A stretch of 64,000 nucleotides of DNA, from the NCBI GenBank assembly GCA_963727485.1, contig CAVSGM010000002.1, positions 1,792,001 to 1,856,000 on the forward strand, read 5' to 3'. This DNA comes from an uncultured delta proteobacterium. Its GTDB lineage: Bacteria > Myxococcota > Myxococcia > SLRQ01. Numbering within the stretch: the first letter of the stretch is position 1; every line of letters begins with the position of its first letter. Shown here piece by piece: positions 47,051 to 56,945 of the stretch. Below the pieces are notes generated by a model that searched no databases, was not told the origin of the DNA, and saw nothing but the letters and a program-made list of their open reading frames with translations. The translations under genes were made by a program, and so were the position numbers.

Positions 47051-49204
47051 GTGAGCAGCATCGCCCAGTCCCTCCTGACGGTCCTCACCGCCGACGCCCT
47101 GCTCACCGCGGCGTTCGTCTACCTCTACCGCCAGGACCGGGTGGCCTACCTGCGCCTGTGGGCCTGGGCCTGGGTGACGGTGGAGCTGCGCCACGGGCTG
47201 GCCTTCCTCGCCGCCATCGGGGTGGGCCCGAGCCTGCCGCTGCTCATCGGCATCGAGCTGGCGACCCCGATCTCGCTGCTGCTGGTGGTCGCCGGCACCC
47301 TGGGCTTCCTCGGCCGGCGGCTCCACCCCCTGTGGATTGTCGGCGCCGCCCTGGCGGCGGCCTGGGCCATCGGCTGCCAGATTGTCGGGGCGAGCCTGCT
47401 GGTGACGCGGCTCCCGATCTTCTGGCTCCTGGGGCTGGCCATCGCCTGGGCCGGGTGGATCTTCCTGCGCCGGGTGGGCCCCTCGCCCGGGGCCCGGGTC
47501 ACCGGCGTCGCCCTGGTGGTCCTGGGCCTCCACCTCCTCGACCACCCGTTCCTCCGGGACGTGGCCTGGTTCGCGCCCTGGGGGTTCTGGCTGGCGTCGC
47601 TGGCCGCGATCGTCGCCGCCCTGGGGATCATGGTCCTCCACTTCGATCGGACCCGGGTGCGCCTCGGCGAGAGCGAGGCCCGGTACCGCTCCCTCTACGA
47701 GAACGCCCTCGAGGGGATCTTCGTCGCCACCCCCGAGTGGCGCCTCGCCGAGGGGAACCCGGCGTTCCTCCGGCTCCTGGGCGCCGAGGGCCCGGGGGCG
47801 GTCGCGGCCCTCGACGTCCGGGCGGCCCTCTTCGCCGACCCCGTCGAGCTCGAGCGCCTCGACGAACGCCTCGACGCCGACGACGTCGCCACCTTCGACG
47901 AGGTCGCCTGGCGCCGCCTCGACGGGGCGCCGCTGCGGGTGAGCCTCGACCTGCGCCGGGTCCGCGACGGCACCGGCGAGGTCACCCACCTCCAGGGCCT
48001 GGTCCGGGACGTCACCGAGCGCCGGCGCCTCGAGGAGGCGCTGCGCCAGTCCCAGAAGATGGAGGCCCTGGGCCGGGTCGCCGGGGGCGTGGCCCACGAC
48101 TTCAACAACCTGCTCACGGTGATCCTGGGGAGCACCGACCTCCTCGACCGCCGCCTCGACGGCCAGGATCCCAACGGGCCGGTGGTGGCGCAGATCTCCG
48201 GGGCCGCCGAGCGCGCCGCCGCCCTCACCGGCCAGCTCCTCGCCTTCAGCCGCCGCCAGGTGCTCCGCCCGGCGGTGGTGGACCTGGGGGCGTCGGTGCA
48301 GCGCGGCGCCGAGATGCTCCGCCGGCTCATCGGCGAGGACGTCACCCTGGGCCTGGAGGTGGCGCCGGTGCCCCTGCCCATCCGGGCCGACCCGGTGCAG
48401 CTCGAGCAGGTGCTCCTCAACCTCGCGATCAACGCCCGGGACGCCATGCCCGGCGGCGGCACCCTCACCCTCCGGGTCCTCGCCGATGCCGGTCGCGCCT
48501 GCCTCGAGGTCGAGGACACCGGCGAGGGGATGGACCCGGCGACCCTGGAGCACGTCTTCGAGCCCTTCTACACCACCAAGGATCCGGGCCGGGGCACGGG
48601 CCTGGGGCTGGCGACGGTCTACGGCATCGTCACCCAGAGCGGCGGCGAGATCGCGGTGGAGAGCCACCCCGGGCGCGGGAGCACCTTCCGGGTGAAGCTC
48701 CCGCTCGCCGAGGGGGCCACCGAGGTGCGCCCCGAGCCCCCGGGGCCGCCGGCGACCCCCGCCCCGGCGGCCCGGGAGACCCTGCTGGTCGCCGAGGACG
48801 ACGAGGCGGTACGCCGGCTGGTGCAGGAGATCCTCGAGGAGGCCGGCTACCGGGTCCTCGCCGCGGACACCGGCGAGGTCGCCCTGGCGCTGGCCGCCGC
48901 CCACGACGGGGCGGTGGACCTGTTGGTCAGCGACGTGGTGATGCCGGGGATGCGGGGCCCCGACCTCGCCGCCCGCCTCGCCGAGGCCCGGCCCGGGATC
49001 CCGGTGGTCCTGATGTCCGGCTACGCCGACCACGACCTCGCGCTCGGCGCCGGGACCCCGGCGTTCCTCGCCAAGCCCTTCACCCCCGAGGCCCTCCTGG
49101 AGACGGTGGCCCGGGCCCTCGCCGGCCGCCGGCGCGCGGGCCCGGTGGCCGCCGGGGCCTATGCTTGGTCTCATGGGGACGGGGGGGTCCCGGAGGATGG
49201 GTGA
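47051..49204 (+). CDS. Hybrid histidine kinase (multi-TM sensor, PAS, HisKA, HATPase, receiver)
   Basis: About 7 hydrophobic segments; YRSLYENALEGI; AGGVAHDFNNLL; NARDAM; GTGLGL; DLLVSDVVMP; KPF. Confidence 0.93.
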   Translation: MSSIAQSLLTVLTADALLTAAFVYLYRQDRVAYLRLWAWAWVTVELRHGLAFLAAIGVGPSLPLLIGIELATPISLLLVVAGTLGFLGRRLHPLWIVGAALAAAWAIGCQIVGASLLVTRLPIFWLLGLAIAWAGWIFLRRVGPSPGARVTGVALVVLGLHLLDHPFLRDVAWFAPWGFWLASLAAIVAALGIMVLHFDRTRVRLGESEARYRSLYENALEGIFVATPEWRLAEGNPAFLRLLGAEGPGAVAALDVRAALFADPVELERLDERLDADDVATFDEVAWRRLDGAPLRVSLDLRRVRDGTGEVTHLQGLVRDVTERRRLEEALRQSQKMEALGRVAGGVAHDFNNLLTVILGSTDLLDRRLDGQDPNGPVVAQISGAAERAAALTGQLLAFSRRQVLRPAVVDLGASVQRGAEMLRRLIGEDVTLGLEVAPVPLPIRADPVQLEQVLLNLAINARDAMPGGGTLTLRVLADAGRACLEVEDTGEGMDPATLEHVFEPFYTTKDPGRGTGLGLATVYGIVTQSGGEIAVESHPGRGSTFRVKLPLAEGATEVRPEPPGPPATPAPAARETLLVAEDDEAVRRLVQEILEEAGYRVLAADTGEVALALAAAHDGAVDLLVSDVVMPGMRGPDLAARLAEARPGIPVVLMSGYADHDLALGAGTPAFLAKPFTPEALLETVARALAGRRRAGPVAAGAYAWSHGDGGVPEDG

Positions 49205-49205
49205 C

Positions 49206-49487
49206 ATGGCCGAGAGCACCGACAGCCTGAAGCGACACCTCGACGAGCTGAAGCAGGCCCTCGACGACGCCGAGGCCATCGACCCCCACACCCTCGACGA
49301 GCTGCGGGACACCCTCGACGCCATCGACCGGCAGCTCGACCGCATCGGGCCGAGCGCTCCGGCGGCCGAGGCCGGGACCATGGTCGAGCGCCTCACCGGG
49401 GGGGCCTACCGCCTCGAGGCGTCGCACCCGGACCTGGCGCTCGCCCTCAACCGCATCGCCGAGAGCCTCTCGGCGATTGGCATCTGA
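49206..49487 (+). CDS. DUF4404-like small helical protein
   Basis: C-terminus LEASHPDLALALNRIAESLSAIGI matches the family pattern. Confidence 0.75.
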   Translation: MAESTDSLKRHLDELKQALDDAEAIDPHTLDELRDTLDAIDRQLDRIGPSAPAAEAGTMVERLTGGAYRLEASHPDLALALNRIAESLSAIGI

Positions 49488-49603
49488 GGCCCCGCCGGTC
49501 CCCCGGGACCGGCCTTGACAGCCTTCCGGGGGCATGCGACCCGAGGAGGGGAAGGCCGTACGCTCTCCGCCGCAGTCGAGCCGTCACCCCTGGGAGGGAT
49601 CCG

Positions 49604-49942
49604 ATGCGCAAGCTCGTCGCCGCCGCTCTGGCCCTGGTCGTTCTCACCGCGAGCACCGGGTGCGCCAGCACCATCCTGATCAACAGCCAGCCCCCGGGCG
49701 CCAAGGTCTTCGTGGACGGCGCCTACCTCGGCACGGCCCCGGCGAGCTACACCGACACCGCCATCGTGGGCACGGTGCACCAGGTGAAGCTGACCCTCCC
49801 GGGCTACCGGGACCAGATCGGCTTCTTCGGCCGGAACAGCCAGTTCAACGCCGGCGCCTGCATCGGCGGGGTGTTCCTCCTGGTGCCGTTCCTCTGGATC
49901 CTCGACTACCCGGCCCAGGTCACCTACCAGCTCCAGCGCTAG
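49604..49942 (+). CDS. PEGA-domain lipoprotein
   Basis: Lipobox STGC; INSQPPGAKVFVDGAYLGTAP. Confidence 0.85.
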   Translation: MRKLVAAALALVVLTASTGCASTILINSQPPGAKVFVDGAYLGTAPASYTDTAIVGTVHQVKLTLPGYRDQIGFFGRNSQFNAGACIGGVFLLVPFLWILDYPAQVTYQLQR

Positions 49943-49973
49943 GCGCCGGTGCCCAAGGCGCCCGAGCCGGCGG

Positions 49974-51122
49974 TCAGCGGATGGTGATCCGCACCGGCCA
50001 GAAGGTCGAGCCGCCGTCGTCGCTCCAGGCGATGACGAAGTAGAGGGCGTTGCCGTTGTGGGGCGCGTTCGCGGGGACGTGGACATCGAGGTGGACGGTG
50101 TCCCCGTTGTTCATGGTCGCGGTGTCCATCTGCGGCTGACCGTCCCAGTCCTCGCTCCAGGTGAAGGCCTGCACGTGCCAGTCGCTGCGCTTGGCCGCGG
50201 ACCACCCGTGGATGGGAACCTTCAGGTCCTGGCCCTGCTGGCCCCAGACGATCCGGGCGGCGGTGGGCGTCACCCCGAACTGCACCGCGGTCCCGGCGGG
50301 GACGCAGGGATCCGCGTTGCCGGCCTTGGCCGCGGAGTTGGACCAGGTGCGCTGGTAGGTCTCGCCGTCCTCCACGATGTCCAGGCCGATGCACTCGTCG
50401 CCGACCTCGCCGCCCAGGTACGACCAGGGGTTGGCGACGTCGGTGATGAACCAGCCCGGGGCGGTGCGGTACCAGGGGTCGGTGGCCGCCTCGATGAGCT
50501 CGTGGGAGGCGGCGGACTCGATGTAGGACCACTTGCTGAAGTCGCCGGGGCACTCCGGGAGGACCGCGTAGGGGAAGCGGTCGCCGGTGAAGTCGGCCTC
50601 GGAGTGGAAGCCGGCGAAGGTCGAGCAGCTGGCGGAGCCGTGGTAGCCCGAGAGGATGGGCACCCCGGGGCTGTAGAACACCATGTAGAGGATCGGGTCC
50701 TCGCCGGGGGCGGCCTTGGGGAGGTCGCCGGCCTGGATGTGCTGCTCGATGAAGTTGGCGGTGCCGGTGTCCGAGGCCACGTTGGGGCCGTTGGAGAACT
50801 CGAAGTTCCCCTCGTAGGTCCCGTTGCCCACGCCGTAGGCCTCTCCGGCGGCCTTCAGCCACTTCGAGCCCACGACCTTCTGGCCGAACTGCTGCACCTG
50901 GGAGGTGTAGTTGTAGCCGGTGAAGGTGATGGTCACCACGCGGGGGTGGGCCAGCACCGCGCCGCCGTGGTCGACCACCTCCGGGTAGGCGGCGTGCTGG
51001 GCCGGGAACTCGGGGGGCGGGGTGCCGCCGTCGGTGCCGCCGCCGCCGCCCCCCGGCGAGGCCGGGCCACAGGCGGCGAGGAGGAGGAAGCTGGCGGACA
51101 CGGCGGCGGCGATCGACTTCAT
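49974..51122 (-). CDS. Lipoprotein with an HELxE motif (Phi-1/EXORDIUM-like or metallopeptidase-like)
   Basis: Lipobox LAAC; HGGAVL, CSTFAGFH, ASHELIEAATDP, GEVGDEC, QRTWSN. Confidence 0.7.
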   Translation of the reverse strand: MKSIAAAVSASFLLLAACGPASPGGGGGGTDGGTPPPEFPAQHAAYPEVVDHGGAVLAHPRVVTITFTGYNYTSQVQQFGQKVVGSKWLKAAGEAYGVGNGTYEGNFEFSNGPNVASDTGTANFIEQHIQAGDLPKAAPGEDPILYMVFYSPGVPILSGYHGSASCSTFAGFHSEADFTGDRFPYAVLPECPGDFSKWSYIESAASHELIEAATDPWYRTAPGWFITDVANPWSYLGGEVGDECIGLDIVEDGETYQRTWSNSAAKAGNADPCVPAGTAVQFGVTPTAARIVWGQQGQDLKVPIHGWSAAKRSDWHVQAFTWSEDWDGQPQMDTATMNNGDTVHLDVHVPANAPHNGNALYFVIAWSDDGGSTFWPVRITIR

Positions 51123-51268
51123 TCGGACGGCTCCTGGACTTCGGCGGCGGCGGGAAAGGCCGAAGGTTGCCCGAGATCAGGGCCTTCTGGCAATGCAAAG
51201 CTGGCGCCGAGGCCCCGGCGTAAGGGGGGGCGCCCGGGATCCCGGGGCCCTGGCGGGGCGGCGTGCCC

Positions 51269-51802
51269 CTAGAACCCGATGCCCAGGAGCACCGAGACGT
51301 TGGCCCACAGCGGGCCGAAGCCCGGCGGCGCGGTGAGCCAGCTGGTGACCCCGGCGACCACCTCGGTGTCCACCGCGAAGTGGTCCGAGAGCCAGAGGGC
51401 GTAGTCGAAGCCGGCGAGGGCGTCGATGCCCACCGCCGGGGCCCCGTTGGCGTCGAAGCTCGCCCCCCGGGCCCCGCCGAGGATCACCAGGTGGAAGACC
51501 CCGGAGCGGTCGCCGGCGTCGGTGGTGGCCAGGGTGACCACGTCGTAGCCCACCCGGGCGTAGACCGAGCTGACCACCAGGCCCAGGGCCGCCCCGCCCT
51601 CGAGCTCCACCGGCCGCAGGGTGGTGAGGTCGACGTCGAGGCCCACGAAGTCCGGCCCGCCGCCGGTGATCGCCCGGATGGCGACGTGCCCCGGCGGGGT
51701 GGCGTCGTCGGCCCGGGCGGCGGAGGCGACCGAGGCCGCCAGGACCGCCGTGGCGACGGCGACGAGCCCCCGGCGGGCCGCCGCTGCCGGCCGCGGGCTC
51801 AC
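51269..51802 (-). CDS. Hypothetical small outer-membrane beta-barrel-like protein
   Basis: Signal peptide ending AARA; alternating amphipathic strands; terminal LLGIGF; GTG overlaps the upstream stop. Confidence 0.6.
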   Translation of the reverse strand: MSPRPAAAARRGLVAVATAVLAASVASAARADDATPPGHVAIRAITGGGPDFVGLDVDLTTLRPVELEGGAALGLVVSSVYARVGYDVVTLATTDAGDRSGVFHLVILGGARGASFDANGAPAVGIDALAGFDYALWLSDHFAVDTEVVAGVTSWLTAPPGFGPLWANVSVLLGIGF

Positions 51803-53802
51803 GCGGCGTCCTGCCCCGGGGTGTCGAGGCCGTCCGGGGGCAGGGTGATGTGGCCGGCGAGGGCGCTGGCGGCGACCACCAACGGCGAGGCGAGGTAGAC
51901 CTGTCCCGGCCCGCTGCGCCCGGGGAAGTTCCGGTTGATCGCCGAGATGCTCACCGTGCCCTCCTCGTAGCTCACCCCGGGCCCCGCCCGGATGCACGCC
52001 CCGCACGAGGGGTTGATGAGGGTGGCGCCGGCCTTCTCGAAGAGGGGGATGTAGCCCTTGGCCTCGGCGTACTGCTTGATCTTCTGGGAGCCGAACTGGA
52101 TGAAGAGCTGCACCCCGTCGGCGACCTTGCGGCCCTCGGCGAGGGCCTGGCCGAGGACGGCGGCGTACATGTCCATGTCCGCCATCTTGCCCCCGGTGCA
52201 CGAGCCCCCGTAGGCGATGTCGACCTTCACCTTGCCGCCCACCTTGGCCTCGAGGTCGGCGAGGGGGATGCCGTTCCGGGGGTCGCCGGGGGTGGCGACC
52301 ATGGGGTCGACCTCGGCGAGGTCGACGTGGATCTCGTGGGCGTACTCGGCGCCGTCGTCGGAGCGCAGCAGCCCCGCCCGGGCCGCCTCGAGGTCCACGT
52401 CGGGGCGCACCTGCTTCAGCCAGGCGAGGGTGACCTCGTCGGCCTCGATGATCCCGGTGAACCCGCCGGCCTCGACGGCCATGTTGGTGAGGGTGGCGCG
52501 CTCGTCCATGGAGAGGTCGGCGAGCCCCTCGCCGGTGAACTCCAGGACCTGGCCGATGCCCTGGCCGCTCTTGATGTAGTCCTGGGCCATCACCAGGAGG
52601 ATGACGTCCTTGGCGGCGACCCCGGGGCGCCGGCGGCCGGTGAGCTTCACCCGCACCGTCTTCGGCACCTTCACCCGGACGTCCCGGGTGTGCCAGGCGC
52701 CCGCCATGTCCGTGGAGCCGACCCCGAAGGCAAACGCCCCGAGGGCCCCGGCGGTGCAGGTGTGGGAGTCGGTGCCGAGGATCACCTGGCCGGGGAGCCC
52801 GATGTCCTCGAGGATGGCGTTGTGGCAGATGGCCTCGGAGCCGCCCTCGGCGCGCTCGCCGTAGAGGCGGATGCCCTGCTTCTCGCAGAACTCTGCCTGG
52901 GTGGTGGCCAGGCCCTGGGCGCGCTTCAGGAGGCCCTGCTGCTTCTGGGCCTCGGGCATCACGTCGCCGATGAAGGTGAGGTGGTCGCGGAAGGCGTAGA
53001 CGCTCGAGGTGTCCTGCACCCGGGCGTCGTCCCCGAGACCCTGGCGGAAGAGGGCGGCGGCCATGGGGGTGACGTACTCGTGGGAGAAGCGGACGTCGGT
53101 GCGGATGAACAACGCGTCGCCGGGGGCCACCGCCTCGATGCCGGTGGCGCCGGTGGTGGCGTCGGCGATGGCGTGGCGGGCGATGATCTTCTCCACCATG
53201 GTCATCGGCCGCTTGCCGGTGGGGATCGCCGGGGGCGACACCTCGCCCTGGAGCCTGGCCTGGTTGTAGGCGAAGAGCCCGCCATGCTCGACCACCGCCT
53301 GCGAGATGGGATCCATCCCCTTGGTGAACTCGGCCAGCGGGATCTCCTCGCCGGCGAGGATCCGCGGCACCAGCGAGAGATCGGTGCTGGTGAGCAGGCC
53401 GATGTTCACGCAGTTCTGGCCGTAGATCTTCTCGATGCTCTCGGCGATGACCAGCTTGATGCCCGCGGTGAGCTCGGCGTAGGGGGCGGTCTCCCGGGAG
53501 GAGCCGCAGCCCTTGCTCTTGCCGCTGACCACCACCTCGGCGCCGAAGTGCTTGACCCCCAGGTGCTCGGCGGCCTTCTCGCGCATCCCCACGTAGCAGT
53601 ACTCGCCCAGGGTCTCGTCGTAGAAGAAGCAGACCCACCCCGGGGTGATCTCGTCGGTGGAGATGTTGTCCATCCGCGGCCGGTCCGGGTCCCAGTCGAG
53701 GATCTTCCCCTCGCCGAGCTGGGCCTTCACCAGGGACGGGTCGCCGGTGAGGTAGAGGACCTTGCCGTTGAAGCGGATCTTGTCGGGTCTCTTGGTCGCC
53801 AT
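51799..53802 (-). CDS. Aconitase-family dehydratase: LeuD-like swivel domain fused N-terminally to a LeuC-like 4Fe-4S domain
   Basis: DNISTDEITP, GCGSSRE (small subunit); ICH, GTDSHTCTAGA, GGSCTGG, PSCGACI, NRNFPGRSG, YLASP (large subunit). Confidence 0.9.
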   Translation of the reverse strand: MATKRPDKIRFNGKVLYLTGDPSLVKAQLGEGKILDWDPDRPRMDNISTDEITPGWVCFFYDETLGEYCYVGMREKAAEHLGVKHFGAEVVVSGKSKGCGSSRETAPYAELTAGIKLVIAESIEKIYGQNCVNIGLLTSTDLSLVPRILAGEEIPLAEFTKGMDPISQAVVEHGGLFAYNQARLQGEVSPPAIPTGKRPMTMVEKIIARHAIADATTGATGIEAVAPGDALFIRTDVRFSHEYVTPMAAALFRQGLGDDARVQDTSSVYAFRDHLTFIGDVMPEAQKQQGLLKRAQGLATTQAEFCEKQGIRLYGERAEGGSEAICHNAILEDIGLPGQVILGTDSHTCTAGALGAFAFGVGSTDMAGAWHTRDVRVKVPKTVRVKLTGRRRPGVAAKDVILLVMAQDYIKSGQGIGQVLEFTGEGLADLSMDERATLTNMAVEAGGFTGIIEADEVTLAWLKQVRPDVDLEAARAGLLRSDDGAEYAHEIHVDLAEVDPMVATPGDPRNGIPLADLEAKVGGKVKVDIAYGGSCTGGKMADMDMYAAVLGQALAEGRKVADGVQLFIQFGSQKIKQYAEAKGYIPLFEKAGATLINPSCGACIRAGPGVSYEEGTVSISAINRNFPGRSGPGQVYLASPLVVAASALAGHITLPPDGLDTPGQDAA

Positions 53803-53852
53803 GGCCGGGGCAATATGGATCACCGCCCCTGGGTTCGCCAAGACCCGTCGCG

Positions 53853-54230
53853 TCAGGGCTGGGTGTCGCCGCGGAAGCGCGCCTGGAGGAAGAGCAGGCG
53901 GGTGCCGCCGATCTGGATCTCGTCGAGGTGGCGCAGGCGCTCGCGGACCCCCGGCTCCAGGGTCTTGGTGTTCACCCGGGTGCCGTTCTTGGAGTGGAGG
54001 TCCACCACGCTGGCGACCGAGCCGGTGACGTAGATGACCAGGTGGCGCTTGCTCACCTCCTCGTCGTCCACCCGGAGCGCCGCCTCCTCGCCCCGGCCGA
54101 CGACGGTCTCCGGCCCCAGGAGGCGGTAGACCTCGTTGGGCCGGGCGCCCTCGACCACGGCGAGCACGAAGACGTTGGGGGCGCCAAACGGCGGCACCGG
54201 CGCGGCCATCTCCCGGGTCGAGTCGTCCAT
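53853..54230 (-). CDS. FHA-domain protein
   Basis: VVGRG..VSKRH..DLHSKNGTRVN..DEIQIG. Confidence 0.9.
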   Translation of the reverse strand: MDDSTREMAAPVPPFGAPNVFVLAVVEGARPNEVYRLLGPETVVGRGEEAALRVDDEEVSKRHLVIYVTGSVASVVDLHSKNGTRVNTKTLEPGVRERLRHLDEIQIGGTRLLFLQARFRGDTQP

Positions 54231-54250
54231 GGCCGGGGATGGTACCAGCT

Positions 54251-55454
54251 TCAGCCGCCGAAGAACGACACCAGCCGGTCGTGCTGCCGCCGGCAGTCGG
54301 CATAGGCCAGGTCGATGAGGTCCCGGGCGTAGGGGCCATGGAAGAGCAGGTAGCTCACCAGGTCCTCGTCGCCGAGGTTGGAGCCGGCGAGCTGGCGCAG
54401 CAGGCGTCCGGCGAGGCCCCCGGCGCTGGCGGCCGCCGGCTCGAGGTGGTCGGTGGCCAGCGCCCCGATGTCCTGGCTGGGGGCGAGGTTGACCTCCTCG
54501 ATGCGCCGGAAGGCGGTGCCGAACCAGGGCGAGCGCAGCTCCGAGAGCTGCTCGACGAAGGTGTCGCCGAAGCGGGCCCGGGCGTCGTCGATGGCGGCGT
54601 TGAGGTGCTTGAGGCGCGAGAGGTCCTGCTCCACCTGGTCGAGGAGCAGGGCGTTCAGGACCTTGCCGAAGAGGAAGGGCGCCGAGGGGTAGCGGTGCTC
54701 GTCGTCGCCGGGCTCCCCGGGGGGCGGGGGCGCCGGGGTCTCCGGGTGGTGGCGCAGGGAGACCACCAGGACCTTGTCGGCGCCGAGGGCGAGCGCCGGG
54801 AGCAGGGGGGTGTTCTGGCGCAGGCCCCCGTCGCAGTAGAGGCGGTCGCCGAGGCTCACCGCCGGGAACACGATGGGGATCGCCGCCGAGGCCAGGGCGT
54901 GGCGGGGGCCGATGCGCGCCGGGTGCACCTCGAGGAGCGGGTGGCCGTCGAGGGCGACCTCGACCCCGGGCCGGCACTGGGTGAAGAGGGTGACCATCCC
55001 GTCGGAGATGCGGGTGGCGGTGACGGTGAGGGCGTCGAGGTGGCCCTCGGCGAGGTTCCGGCGGATGCGGGCCCAGGGGGTGCGGTGGGTGACCAGGCGC
55101 TCGAGCGGCTCGGCCCGCAGCAGGCTCATCCGGCCGTCGAGGCCCCCGAGGAGCCACCGGGGGATTCTGGAGGAGGTGGCGCGCCGGGAGGCGGAACACG
55201 TCCTCGATGGACAGCTCGCCCCAGAGGGCCGCGAGGTCGTCGGCCTGGCGCCCGGGGTCGTGGGCGGTGGCGGCGAGGTAGCAGGCGTTGATGGCGCCGA
55301 CGCTGGTGCCGCAGACGACGTCGAAGCGCGGCTGGGTCCCCAGGGCGCGGGCCACCTCGGTGCGCAGGTAGCGGATGACCCCGGCCTCGTAGGCCCCGCG
55401 CGCGCCCCCGCCGGCGAGGATCAGGGCGAGGCGGGGCGGTCGCTGGCGGGGCAT
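54251..55454 (-). CDS. Patatin-like phospholipase, frameshift near 55140-55170
   Basis: [13 protein letters not shown] nucleophile motif, ASAAIP, DGG. Confidence 0.9.
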
Positions 55455-55493
55455 GGGGATCGCAGCCTATCATCTCGCCCCCGGAGACCCACC

Positions 55494-56183
55494 ATGCCCC
55501 GCACCCTCGACGTCGCCACCAGCTGGATCGCCTCCATCCTCTCGCTCGGCGCGGGCCTCGAGGCCCGGTCCGCCGGCGCCCGCCCCGAGGCGCCGGTGAT
55601 CCTCTACGAGTTCGAGGGCTGCCCCTTCTGCCGCCGGGTCCGGGCCGCCCTCTCCGAGCTCGACCTCGAGGCCGAGATCCGCCCCTGCCCCAAGGGCGGC
55701 GCGCGCTTCCGCCCCGAGGTGGCCCGGCGCGGGGGCAAGGCCCAGTTCCCGTTCCTGGTCGACCCGGCCACCGGCGCCGAGCTCTACGAGTCCTCTGAGA
55801 TTGTCGCCTACCTCTACGACCGCTACGGCGACGGCCGGCCGCCTCTGACCCTGGGGCCGGTGGGGCTCTTGCCCTTCCAGCTCACCTCGGTGGCGCGGGG
55901 TCTGGCCGGGGTCCGGGTCCGGCCCTCGTCCGCGCCGGCCCGGCCCCTCGAGCTGTGGAGCTTCGAGGCCTCGCCCTACTGCCGCCTGGTCCGGGAGACC
56001 CTCTGCGAGCTCGAGCTCCCCTACCGCCTCCACAACGTCGCCAAGGGGAGCCCCTCGCGGCCGGCGTTCGTGGCCCGGTCGGGGAAGATGCAGGTGCCCT
56101 ACCTGGTGGATCCCAACACCGGCGAGGCGCGCTTCGAGAGCGCGGACATCTGCGACTACCTCCGGCGCACCTACGGGGCGTGA
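55494..56183 (+). CDS. Tandem GST-N/glutaredoxin-like domain protein
   Basis: YEFEGCPFCRRVR..QFPFLVDP..YESSEI and SFEASPYCRLVR..QVPYLVDP..FESADI. Confidence 0.88.
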   Translation: MPRTLDVATSWIASILSLGAGLEARSAGARPEAPVILYEFEGCPFCRRVRAALSELDLEAEIRPCPKGGARFRPEVARRGGKAQFPFLVDPATGAELYESSEIVAYLYDRYGDGRPPLTLGPVGLLPFQLTSVARGLAGVRVRPSSAPARPLELWSFEASPYCRLVRETLCELELPYRLHNVAKGSPSRPAFVARSGKMQVPYLVDPNTGEARFESADICDYLRRTYGA

Positions 56184-56341
56184 TCGGGCGCGGGGGCGCC
56201 TCCCCGCCGGCGACCGGCGCCGCCAGGTAAGGTGGCCGGGGGGCGCGGCCGAGGGTCGGTGAAGTGCCCGGTTGTCCCGCCGGGCGCTCCGCCGCAGGCT
56301 CGAGGCGCCGGAGCCCGAGACACCCCTGAGAGGTTCGCCCC

Positions 56342-56869
56342 ATGCGACACGCAAGGCCTTCGCTCCATCGATACACCACCGCTTCGCTGCCCCTCCTGGC
56401 CGCGGGCCTCCTCGTCGCCGCCTGCGGCGGGGTCTACGAGGGCGGCGGGGCCACGACGCCCGTCGCCACCACCGTCTGCAGCTCCGGCCAGCAGTGGACC
56501 GGCGGCGGCGAGGGCTCCTCCCAGATGAACCCGGGCATGGACTGCATCGCCTGCCACGCCCGGGGCGAGGGGCCGAACTTCACCGCCGCGGGCACGGTCT
56601 TCGGCGACGCCCACGACGCCGATCGCTGCGTCGGGGTCTCCGGGGCGGTGGTGAAGGTCACCGACGCGAACGGCCAGGTGCTCCAGGCCACCACCGGCGC
56701 CACCGGGAACTTCTACCTGCGCGGGACCCTCGCCTTCCCCGTCCACGCCCAGGTCACCTACGACGGCAGGACCCGGGCGATGGTCGCCGCCCAGGCCACC
56801 GCCGACTGCGCCGGCTGCCACACCCGGGCCGGCCTCAACGGGGCGCCCGGGCGCATCGTCGCGCCCTAG
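56342..56869 (+). CDS. Putative di-heme c-type lipoprotein with an intervening beta-sandwich
   Basis: Lipobox VAAC; MNPGMDCIACH and CAGCH CxxCH motifs. Confidence 0.8.
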   Translation: MRHARPSLHRYTTASLPLLAAGLLVAACGGVYEGGGATTPVATTVCSSGQQWTGGGEGSSQMNPGMDCIACHARGEGPNFTAAGTVFGDAHDADRCVGVSGAVVKVTDANGQVLQATTGATGNFYLRGTLAFPVHAQVTYDGRTRAMVAAQATADCAGCHTRAGLNGAPGRIVAP

Positions 56870-56945
56870 CAGCCCCCGGGCGACGAGCCCCCACAGGCGG
56901 GTTCCCCTCCCGTGCCCCGGGCGCCGCCGGGCCTAGGCTGCGCCC

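Noticed and set aside
49515..49545. TTGACA as a sigma70 promoter for the PEGA gene
   Set aside because: Perfect -35 but no convincing -10 at 16-18 nt spacing
51799..55454. FHA-aconitase or patatin-FHA fusions implied by ORFs 51799..54339 and 53853..55454
   Set aside because: Artefacts of upstream open frames and a frameshift; each gene has its own start and stop
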